Assembly (NCBI RefSeq): GCF_044704955.1
Contig: NC_091987.1
Span: 68,944,001 to 69,008,000 of the forward strand
Source of the DNA: Pristiophorus japonicus
Taxonomy: Eukaryota
DNA length: 64,000 nucleotides
Direction: 5' to 3'
The notes under the pieces were generated by a model, which saw only the letters and a list, made by a program, of their open reading frames with translations, was not told the DNA's origin and ran no database searches. Made by a program: the position numbers and the translations under genes. The first letter of the stretch is position 1; each line of letters starts with the position of its first letter. Positions 13,101-25,100 of this stretch are shown piece by piece.

Positions 13101-16100
13101 TTGGATCCAACTTGCCACTTTGCCTTGGATCCCATGGGCTTTTGCTTTTGTGACCCGACTGCTATGTGGGACCATATCAAAAGCCTTGCTGAAATCCATA
13201 TACAGTACATCAAACGCGCTACCCTCATCGACTCTTTGTTACCTCCTCAAAAAATTCAATTAAGTTAGTCAGACGCGACCTTCCCTTAACAAATCCGTGC
13301 TGACTGTCCCTGATTAATCCATGTCTTTCTAAATGAAGATTTGTCCTGTCCTTCAGAATTCTTTCCAATAATTTTCTCACCGCCGAGGTGAGGCTGACTG
13401 GCCTGTAATTACTCGGTCTGTCCCTTAAACAAAGGTACCATATTGACTGTAATCTAAGATATTAAAACATTTTCTTATAGGCTGTCAGAATTTGATGTTG
13501 TTGTTACGACATATAGCCTCGTTGCAAAGGAGATCCCAGTGAAGAAGGAAAGTCGACAGTGTGCAGCTCAAGATGAGGAGGCGAATGTAAGTGGAGAATT
13601 TTGTGCAGTGATCCCACTTGTAGATTTGAGTAGTATGAAATGCCTTGGCATCTTCCACTGCTTTTATGAGTACCCTGCAGTTGCTACTTGTTGGAATGGT
13701 CACCCAACTAAGAAATACCGGATTATCACTTCAGAATAATTCTGAACACCTGTAGTATTTTGACAGTGGGATAGCTCACGAACTATTTTTTGGAATGAGT
13801 GGATCAGGCAGATTATCAGTGTGCTTTCTAATTGGGTAGAAGCAACTTCTATGCTATCAAAAGAGACAGTGAAATTATGATTTTTGCTTCCATCTCAGAA
13901 AATCCATTGATAAGGATAAGGTGAGAGTAAACAGTTATGTACTTCATCTTTTCAATCCAACCATGTTCCAATAAAAAACACACTTTTTTGTTCATACGCT
14001 GTTTTCAGGTCTTGGCAAAGGCAAAGTCTGCACATTCTCCTCTGTTGAAGTTAGCATGGGCTCGGATCATCCTGGATGAAGCTCACAACATTAAAAACCC
14101 CCAAGTACAAACATCAATGGCAGTGTGTAAACTCCAAGCTAAAACACGCTGGGCAGTCACAGGAACGCCCATTCAGAACAACCTTCTGGATATGTACTCC
14201 TTGCTCAAGTAAGAAGTCAGACTAGCTTAAACTTCATTATTAAATTGTGTTCTTCGGACACTTACCTGTATTATCCCCATTAATGATTGGAGCATTTAAG
14301 AAGTTATCCTAAAGTTGTTTCCATCTTCTTGATCTTGTTTCCCTCCTTTTTAAAAAAAAAAACAAATCTTCAGAATTGTTTTAGATATTGTTCCCAAGTT
14401 ATGTTGTTGAGACAAGTTAATTCTAGTTAATTATGGCTAATTCTAAATTCTCATAACTCTGCTTTCTAACCTTTCCCTATTTGTTCAGGTTCCTTCACTG
14501 TTCCCCATTCGATGAGTTCAAGCTTTGGAAGAATCAAGTGGATAATGGTACAAAGAAGGGTGGCGAACGCCTTAATATTATCACCAAAGGCCTTCTGTTA
14601 CGGAGAATGAAGGACCAGCTTGACACCAGTGGCAAACCTCTGGTATATCTGTTTCTATATTTCAATTCTGACAAAAAAAAATCACTCTTTATATTGCAAG
14701 TTTAGCATTGCTCGCAAGTGATTTGGGCTTTGCACCAATGCCCAACTGCAGTATAAAGCTGACTTTGGAGCCAAACCTGACTCTATGAAGTGGGTTCTGT
14801 GTCAAACCTGTTCAAGACGTGCTCGCTTTGTAAGCCCACCTAATCTCAATTTAAATATTTAAAGTGTATGGATTCTCCCCTTTTAGACATTTAAATTTTT
14901 AGCTGTTGCGAAAGGGCTCTGTTTCTGCCTGTATCCAAATATGCACACAATTCTTTCCTGAGAAAATAAGCGAGAGCCGGAGGGTCCAATTTTCCACATG
15001 GCCGATTTTTGACACAATTGGTACATTTTAGTGGCCAACTGTGCCAAAAAAAAGTTGCAAGTTTCGCCAGAATAAACTTTCATTTTGGAGCGGCGCAGAT
15101 TGTCCTTAAGCTCTGTGGGTGGAGCTTAAGGTCAGTGCCGAAAAACTGAGGTTACTAGGGTAAAGAGGGACGCTGAATTTATCCTGTAATGTCATTGCTA
15201 ATTTTTCTCTCCCCAGAATTTCTAGTTTCATAACAGGTGTAAGCATTCCAAGAGCTTAATTTTTAAAAATTGATTTGTCTCTTTGTAAACTCAACCATGA
15301 CCTCGTGATACCCCCCCCGCCCCCGGTGCCTGCCGCTTCTATCCCGGGCCGAAAGGCCCCCCAGCCCCTGATTTTCTTAAGGTAAGGTTTTTCGGAACGG
15401 TGCACTGCGCCGTTTTTGAAAAAATCCTACATGACCAGAAATGGCGCAGCTGGCACCCCCAGTGACGTCAAAAAATCGGGAACTAAAACGATCAGCAGTA
15501 AGTAGTTTAGGATGGTGCAGAAACTTTGGCGAAACTTGCAGATTTTAGTCCGCTCCAAAAAAAAGGCGCAGAATGATGGTGAAAATTCAACCCTTGAATG
15601 TGGACTAACTTTTGTCTGACTGGACCTAGTCTCAAATGGTAGCTGCGGTTTATATAGGATAAAAGATGGTAATTTATCAAAGCTGTTCTAAAGATGAACA
15701 ACTTTAATCATTCTCTGATATTTTTGGTCCTAAAAATCAAATCATTCTTGCTGAACTTGTAATAATGGAACTATGGGTTTGCAGAACACAAACCGTAACA
15801 AATTCAATGTTTTTGCTGGAGGAGGGGATCTTAGTGAAGCTATAGTTTGCCAGTTATTCTTGTGGCGAAAAGTCCTTTTCTTTGTTTCAATGGTGAGGCC
15901 ACACCTGGAGTATTGTGTACAGTTTTGGTCTCCTAACTTGAGGAAGGACATTCTTGCTATTGAGGCAGTGCAGCGAAGGTTCACCAGACTGATTCCCGGG
16001 ATGGCGGGACTGACATATCAAGAAAGACTGGATCAACTGGGCTTGTATTCACTGGAGTTCAGAAGAATGAGAGGGGATCTCATAGAAACATTTAAAATTC

Positions 16101-19100
16101 TGACAGGTTTAGACAGGTTAGATGCAGCAAGAATGTTCCCAATGTTGGGGAAGTCCAGAACCAGGGGTCACAGTCTAAGGATAAAGGGTAAGCCATTTAG
16201 GACCGAGATGAGGAGAAACTTCTTCACCCAGAGAGTGGTGAACCTGTGGAATTCTCTACCACAGAAAGTTGTTGAGGCCAATTCACTAAATATATTCAAA
16301 AAGCAGTTAGATGCAGTCCTTACTATTAGGGGGATCAAGGCGAGAAAGCAGGAATGGGGTACTGAAGTTGCATGTTCAGCCATGAACTCATTGAATGGCA
16401 GTGCAGACTCGAAGAGCCGAATGGCCTACTCCTGCACCTATTTTCGATGCTTCTATGATTTACAGGTATAATCGTAAGAAAAAAGAAGTGATACGACATG
16501 GGTTTAAATTATTGGGCCGTGTGTAGAAGTATCAGAATGTGATGGACAGAAAATGTTGTTCTTGATCTCTCACTCTGCTTGGTACCATTCCTTTTCCAAT
16601 TTACTCAGTTCCTGATCCCAGTTATTATGGAGACCAGGGAAAATAATGTTGTCAACTGGCCATGTTCATGTGATTTTTAGTGCCTGTCTAAGTAAGAGCA
16701 GCATTGATGGAGGCTTGGGAATAGGATGCCACACTGTGCTCTCAGTCACAGGAAATGCATCATCAGTAAGAGTAGAAAAAGCAGGAAAAAGTGAAGGGCC
16801 TTTGAAAATTAACTTTAAGGCTCTGTTCGTGGACAACTACATGTTCTGATTCTTAGTCAGAGATAGACAGCTTGTTAGGTTTAGGGTTATAATACGATAA
16901 AAATCTCTTCCTCTTACTATTGAAATTGTGTAGTTAGGACTGCTGCTCCGTGGTCTGTGCTTCCTGTCAATCACAGTAGAGCTGGAACCCAGGAGCAGCA
17001 GTAGAATTTTGGGGTGTGAACTTTGAGTTTCCAGGTTAACATCTTCACCTCAGTGATCATAAGTACCCTTTTAATGGCGTAGTAAATCTTAATTACTGTC
17101 AACCTCTCTGCAACCGAAAATTATCTTTTACAAGTGTGCAGTCTCATTCTTTCAGCTTTTAATTATTGTATTTTTGAGATTTAAAAAAAAATTAAATATC
17201 TTTATTTTTACTTTTTCTCCCTGTCTTTTATCTCTCTCATAATCCAATCTTTCTTTCCCTCTCCTTGAGCTCCATTTTCCCCAAAGCCGTTTTTTGTCGT
17301 ATTTGAAGAGTTACGTCCGTTTTTTTTGGGCCCAACTATGGCAAAAAAAAACATCCAACTTTCCCAGCTTGAATTGTTGATTTTGGCGCTGCCTAGCCTG
17401 TCCTTTAGCTTTGGGGGTGGAGCCCAAGATGTGCGCCAAAAAATTGGGTTGCCAGGGTAACGAGGGACACACTGCGGGCTGAGGCTGGAAAGTGAAACAT
17501 ACAACACATCTGGCCAGCTCACAGCAACCTGCACAAGCACCTTGCACAGTGTAGCAGCTTACCAGCATTAAATTATTAGTGTTTATGCCAAAAGTCTGTC
17601 CCCCGCAACCCCCCTGGAGTCGGTGCCGCTGCTCGCCCTAGCCAAAAGGCCTCCCTTCTCCCGGTTGCCGCTGCTCGCCCTGGCCGAAAGGCTTCCCTCC
17701 CCTCCCAGTGCCGGGTGCCGCTCCTAATTCTGGCCGAAAGGCCCCCACCCCTCTCTTCTCTCCCCCTCACTCTCCCTCTCTACTGCTGCTGCTATCCGGG
17801 CCTTGGAGCTGCATCTGCTATGCTGATTCTCTTGCCTGCGCCGATTTTGTTCACTGCCCAGAAGGTTTTTCCAGAGTGGTCACATACACCGTCCTAAGAA
17901 AAATTGGAGTAAATCGGAGCTGGCCAAACTTTCTTAAATGATAAGAATTGGCATGAGCGGCAGGTTACACCCTCAACGAGGTTTAAAAAAAAAATCGTAG
18001 CCTAAAAAAAATCACGCTAGCTTAGAAACTTTGGGGAAACTTGGAGATTTGAATTTACTCCCCAAAAAAATGGTGCACGCCAAAAAAACAGCGCAGATAA
18101 TTGGGGAAAATTGAGCCCAATATTTTACTTTCTGTATCTGATTTGACATTGAATTCACTATTCTGACTTACACTTCCTGGTTCAACTCTGCTGCTATTAA
18201 AATCTCTTCAATCTGATTGGTTAATAGAAAACATAGACATAGAAAATAGGTGCAGGAGCAGGCCATTCAGCCCTTCTAGCCTGCACCGCCATTCAATGAG
18301 TTCATGGCTGAACATGAAACTTCAGTACCCCCTTCCTGCTTTCTCGCCATAACCCTTGATCCCCCGAGTAGTAAGGACTTCATCTAACTCCCTTTTGAAT
18401 ATATTTAGTGAATTGGCCTCAACTACTTTCTGTGGTAGAGAATTCCACAGGTTCACCACTCTCTGGGTGAAGAAGTTTCTCCTCATCTCGGTCCTAAATG
18501 GCTTACCCCTTATCCTCAGACTGTGACCCCTGGTTCTGGACTTCCCCAACATTGGGAACATTCTTTCTGCATCTAACCTGTCTAAACCCGTCAGAATTTT
18601 AAACGTTTCTATGAGGTCCCCTCTCATTCTTCTGAACTCCAGTGAATACAAGCCCAATTGATCCAATCTTTCTTGATAGGTCAGTCCCGCCATCCCGGGA
18701 ATCAGTCTGGTGAACCTTCGCTGCACTCCCTCAATAGCAAGAATGTCCTTCCTCAAGTTAGGAGACCAAAACTGTACACAATACTCCAGGTGTGGCCTCA
18801 CCAAGGCCCTGTACAACTGTAGCAACACCTCCCTGCCCCTGTATTCAAATCCCCTCGCTATGAAGGCCAACATGCCATTTGCTTTCTTAACCGCCTGCTG
18901 TACCTGCATGCCAACCTTCAATGACTGATGTACCATGACACCCAGGTCTCGTTGCACCTTCCCTTTTCCTAATCTGTCACCATTCAGATAATAGTCTGTC
19001 TCTCTGTTTTTACCACCAAAGTGGATAACCTCACATTTATCCACATTATACTTCATCTGCCATGCATTTGCCCACTCACCTAACCTATCCAAGTCACTCT

Positions 19101-22100
19101 GCAGCCTAATAGCATCCTCCTCGCAGCTCACACTGCCACCCAACTTAGTATCATCCGCAAATTTGGAGATACTGCATTTAATCCCCTCGTCTAAATCATT
19201 AATGTACAATGTAAACAGCTGGGGCCCCAGCACAGAACCTTGCGGCACTCCACTAGTCACTGCCTGCCATTCTGAAAAGTACCCGTTTACTCCTACTCTT
19301 TGCTTCCTGTCTGACAACCAGTTCTCAATCCACGTCAGCACACTACCCCCAATCCCATGTGCTTTAACTTTGCACATTAATCTCTTGTGTGGGACCTTGT
19401 CGAAAGCCTTCTGAAAGTCCAAATATACCACATCAACTGGTTCTCCTTTGTCCACTTTACTGGAAACATCCTCAAAAAATTCCAGAAGATTTGTCAAGCA
19501 TGATTTCCCTTTCACAAATCCATGCTGACTTGGACCTATCATGTCACCATTTTCCAGATGCACTGCTATGACATCCTTAATAATTGATTCCATCATTTTA
19601 CCCACTACTGAGGTCAGGCTGACCGGTCTATAATTCCCTGTTTTCTCTCTCCCTCCTTTTTTAAAAAGTGGGGTTACATTGGCTACCCTCCACTCCATAG
19701 GAACTGATCCAGAGTCAATGGAATGTTGGAAAATGACTGTCAATGCATCCGCTATTTCCAAGGCCACCTCCTTAAGTACTCTAGGATGCAGGCCATCAGG
19801 CCCTGGGGATTTATCTGCCTTCAATCCCATCAATTTCCCCAACACAATTTCCCGACTAATAAAGATTTCCCTCAGTTCCTCTTCCTTACTAGACCCTCTG
19901 ACCCCTTTTATATCCGGAAGGTTGTTTGTATCCTCCTTAGTGAATACCGAACCAAAGTACTTGTTCAATTGATCCGCCATTTCTTTGTTCCCCGTTATGA
20001 CTTCCCCTGATTCTGACTGCAGGGGACCTACGTTTGTCTTCACCAACCTTTTTCTCTTTACATACCTATAGAAACTTTTGCAATCCGCCTTAATGTTCCC
20101 TGCAAGCTTCTTCTCGTACTCCATTTTCCCTGTCCTAATCAAACCCTTTGTCCTCCTCTGCTGAGTTCTAAATTTCTCCCAGTCCCCAGGTTCGCTGCTA
20201 TTTCTGGCCAATTTGTATGCCACTTCCTTGGCTTTAATACTATCCCTGATTTCCCTAGATAGCCACGGTTGAGCCACCTTCCCCTTTTTATTTTTACGCC
20301 AGACAGGAATGTACAATTGTTGTACTTCATCCATGCGGTCTCTAAATGTCTGCCATTGCCCATCCACAGTCAACCTCCTAAGTATCATTCGCCAATCTAT
20401 CCTAGCCAATTCTCGCCTCATACCTTCAAAGTTACCCTTCTTTAAGTTCTGGACCATGGTCTCTGAATTTACTGTTTCATTCTCCATCCTAATGCAGAAT
20501 TCCACCATATTATGGTCACTCTTCCCCAAGGGGCCTCGCACAATGAGATTGCTAATTAATCCTCTCTCATTACACAACACCCAGTCTAAGATGGCCTCCC
20601 CCCTAGTTGGTTCCTCAACATATTGGTCTAGAAAACCATCCCTTATGCACTCCAGGAAATCCTCCTCCACCGTATTGCTTCCAGTTTGGCTAGCCCAATC
20701 TATGTGCATATTAAAGTCACCCATTATAACTGCTACACCTTTATTGCATGCACCCCTAATTTCCTGTTTGATGCCCTCCCCAACATCCCTATTACTGTTT
20801 GGAGGTCTGTACACAACTCCTACTAACGTTTTTTGCCCTTTGGTGTTCTGCAGCTCTACCCATATAGATTCCACATCATCCAAGCTAATGTCTTTCCTAA
20901 CTATTGCATTAATCTCCTCTTTAACCAGCAATGCTACCCCACCTCCTTTTCCTTTTATTCTATCCTTCCTGAATGTTGAATACCCCTGAATGTTGAGTTC
21001 CCAGCCCTGATCATCCTGGAGCCACGTCTCCGTAATCCCAATCACATCATATTTGTTAACATCTATTTGCACAATTAATTCATCCACCTTATTGCGGATA
21101 CTCCTTGCATTAAGACACAAAGCCTTCAGGCTTGTTTTATTAACACCCTTTGTCCTTTTAGAATTTTGCTGTACAGTGGCCCTTTTTGTTCTTTGCCTTG
21201 GGTTTCTCTGCCCTACACTTTTCCTCATCTCCTTTCTGTCTTTTGCTTTTGGCTCCTTTTTGTTTCCCTCTGTCTCCCTGCATTGGTTCCCATCCCCCTG
21301 CCATATTAGTTTAAATCCTCCCCAACAGCACTAGCAAACACTCCCCCGAGGACATTGGTTCCAGTCCTGCCCAGGTGCAGACCGTCCGGTTTGTACTGGT
21401 CCCACCTCCCCCAGAACCGGTCCCAATGCCCCAGGAATTTGAATCCCTCCCTGCTGCACCACTGCTCAAGCCACGTATTCATCTGCGCTATCCTGCGATT
21501 CCTACTCTGACTATCACGTGGCACTGGTAGCAATCCCGAGATTACTACTTTTGAGGTCCTACTTTTTAATTTAGCTCCTAGCTCCTTAAATTCGTTTCGT
21601 AGGACCTCATCCCTTTTTTTGCCTATGTCGTTGGTACCAATGTGCACCACGACAACTGGCTGTTCTCCCTCCCATTTCAGAATGTCCTGCACCCGCTCCG
21701 AGACATCCTTGACCCTTGCACCAGGGAGGCAACATACCATCCTGGAGTCTCGGTTGCGGCCGCAGAAACGCCTATCTATTCCCCTCACAATTGAATCCCC
21801 TATCACTATCGCTCTCCCACTCTTTTTCTTGCCCTCCTGTGCAGCAGAGCCAGCCACGGTGCCATGAACTTGGCTGCTGCTGCCCTCCCCTGATGAGTCA
21901 TTCCCCTCAACAGTACCCAAAGCGGTGTATCTGTTTTGCAGGGGGATGACCGCAGGGGACCCCTGCACTACCTTCCTTGCTCTACTCTTCCTGCTGGTCT
22001 TCCATTCCCTATCTGGCTGTGGACCCTTTCCCTGCGGTAAGACCAACTCACTACACGTGATACTCACGTCATTCTCAGCATCGTGGATGCTCCAGAGTGA

Positions 22101-25100
22101 ATCCACCCTCAGCTCCAATTCCGTAACGCGGACCGTCAGGAGCTGGAGGCGGATACACTTCCCGCACACATAGTCGTCAGGGACACCGGAAGCGTCCCTG
22201 AGTTCCCACATGGTACAGGAGGAGCATAACACCCGACCGAGCTCTCCTGCCATGTCTTAACCCTTAGATACACTTAAACTGGTAATAACAATGTTAAAAG
22301 TTACTGACCAATATAAGAAGAAAAAGAAAAACTACTCACCAATCACCAGCCAATCACTTACCCCCTAGGCTGTGACGTCACCTTTGTTTTTTTGCCTTCT
22401 CCCTGTAGCTGCACCGGTACGCCTCTCGCCGACCCCGGACTCGCGCTGCTCCGAGCTCCCGCTGGCCTTTATAGGCCTCTCGCCGACCCCGGACTCGCGC
22501 TGCTCCGAGCTCCCGCCTCCTCGACTGACTGCTCCGAGCTCCCGCTGGCCTTTATAGGCCTCTCGCCGACCCCGGACTCGCGCTGCTCCGAGCTCCCGCC
22601 TCCTCGACTGACTGCTCCGAGCTCCCGCTGGCCTTTATAGGCCTCTCGCTGACCCCGGACTCGCGCTGCTCCGAGCTCCCGCCTCCTCGACTGACTGCTC
22701 CGAGCTCCCGCTGGCCTTTATAGGCCTCTCGCCGACCCCGGACTCGCGCTGCTCCGAGCTCCCGCCTCCTCGACTGACTGCTCCGAGCTCCCGCTGGCCT
22801 TTATAGGCCTCTCGCCGACCCCGGACTCGCGCTGCTCCGAGCTCCCGCCTCCTCGAGATACAAAGTTGCTTGCCCTGTTCACACAGGTCCCAGCTGTCCT
22901 GTTGAGGGCACCATACTGCTTTGGATGTCCCACTGACCGCAACTTACCATGCAAAACCCCATAGAAAGTCTATGGGCTTGGGAAAGTCGTAACAAACGTT
23001 TGCCGCTCGCAGCAAAATCTAGACCAATGTATTCGATATATAGACGTGTCTAAAGACATTGGAGTATTTTAAGCTGCAGGCCAATAAAAATGATTAACAA
23101 CGTGTTTTCTTCTTATTTATTAGGTAATTGCTTCCTGAGCGACCAGGTATAGCCTAGGGTTGTATATGTTACGGCTTTATATTTAAATTTAATAAGGAGT
23201 TTCACCTTTTGTGCTCCATCATGCAGAAACTAGTGCAAGATTCTTTATTAAATGCAAGTATTGTGCTTCCTTTAGTGAAAATGATACCTTGTACTTACAG
23301 TAAACATCATATATTTGTAATATCATTATAGAGGAATCAGCTGATTGTTTCACCAAAACTTAGTTTTGAAACCTTATCATCAGCATAGGCGGTCCCTTGT
23401 ATTGAGGATGACTTTCTTCCACACCAAAAATGGATGCATTCAGAGGTGTTTCAATGAAGGACCAAATATGCAGGTCCTGAACTACATCGTGAAGGGTGGA
23501 AGATGCTTGTGCGTGGATTTTTTTAACACGTGGTGGCCATTGCACACCAGCCACCCTCATCAGACAGTGATGCCATGGAAAAAATATTTATGAAAATATA
23601 GTATTATTGTGAACCTCATGGTCTTTTTTTGTAACAAAATTGCTCAGGCATGTGTTTTGTTTTTGCAGGTTGCCCTGCCACAGCGATTTAACTGTTCTCA
23701 TCGCCTAAAATTGTCAGAGGACGAGGAAGCTGTTTACAATGTCTTGTTTGCTTGTTCCAGGTATATTTGAGGAATTGTGTGCTCTGAGATACAAGACACC
23801 ATCACTGCTTCCAACTATGGAATGTATTTTGGATAATCCTGGCCATTACCAGTACCGATTTGGTGTATCCCTCCTACGAAAAGGATGATAGTGTCCAATA
23901 TTGGCGGTGGGGGGGGGGGGGGGGGGGTGTGTAAGGTCACCAAAACGACAAATGTTAACTTTGTCACGATGAAATCGAGCACAGGTGACCTAATATATTT
24001 CAACACAATTGTATTGTTCAATTGTGTATTTGTAATCTAAAGTAAAAAGGTTTTTTCATGAGGATGAGTGGACCTGGGATTGAGGTGACTCAAATCTCCG
24101 GCAGATGGAACCTGAAGTACTATTGCAGACTGCACCACCTCTTTCTTAGCTCTCTGCACTTTCGGCACGTGCAGACACCAGAGTGGGAGAGTTGGGATGT
24201 GCAGCCATTCTGAGAAGCAGCACCCTGGTTTGTGCACATACAAGTTACCCCTCTGCTGCTGGGAATTGCTTCACCGAGGCACTGATTGGTGTGACAGCAG
24301 ACGTAATTGCACCAAAGCGATCAGTGGACCTGCTTCATGGTTCATTCTAGCTGATCACCCAGAGATCCTGGAACCAAGGATGTGAACTGTAAACAAATTA
24401 AAAAGATGGGTGATTTTTCCCCTTTTTTAGGTATTGTAGGAGGTATTAAAATAATCTTCAAATAAAAGTTGTATTCCATATAACAAACTGGTACTCGGTT
24501 GCCACTTGGATAAACCTGTGGCTATTATATCTGATACTAGTTTTTCAGACATGTTTATCTGGAAGCCCATTTTTCAACAGGACATAACCTATGTGCATAA
24601 ATATACATATATGCTGTTAATTATTTACATTCTTTAAATTATTCCATACAAAAAATGTGATTGTTTACATTTTTAAAACATATCAGGATAAAACAGGTTA
24701 GATGTGGTACATTTTCAATTGTCGTGTTTTATTAAATCCAGTGCTGTAAATTTCACTGCAGTGGGGTGAGAGATTTTCCTTTTAGCCTCAATTAGCCTCA
24801 CCACTGAACAGTCCACTAAAATGTCTGTTCTGCTCCACTGAACTAGAATCAATTGATGAAATGTTTTGTCAGTCTCAGCAAAAGTTAACATTATTCTCCA
24901 CTGACCATCTCTTAAAGAGACATGCAGCCCTCTGATTTTTCCTGGATGCAGTTTGTTCATTTATCCATCGTTTGCGGAACCATTTAATTACCTATTCTCT
25001 CCATAGGTCAACCTTGCAGTCATATCTGAAGAGACACGAGGGCAAGGATTATAAATCTGCTTCATCACAGGGTGCTGATAACCCCTTCAACAGAGGTAAA

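Larger units (their letters stand above)
18225..22856 (-). mobile_element. Full-length, apparently intact CR1-clade (HER1-like) LINE
   Basis: 5' tandem monomers, intact ORF1 (315 aa), intact ORF2 (968 aa), 3'UTR with (TTCTATG)-type tail. Confidence 0.96.

Noticed and set aside
15773-16471. 232-aa ORF as a host gene
   Set aside because: Chance fusion of intronic sequence with a CR1 ORF2 3' fragment.
20309-20989. Long antisense ORFs over CR1 ORF2 (also 29131..29832 and 3910..4503)
   Set aside because: Shadow frames of RT/APE coding sequence; they recur only because the copies are homologous, and show no recognisable domain.
22421-22856. CRISPR-like array, or coding repeat ORFs (22372..22640, 22718..22954)
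   Set aside because: Contiguous identical monomers without unique spacers, in a eukaryotic LINE 5'UTR; the ORFs are by-products of the repeat.
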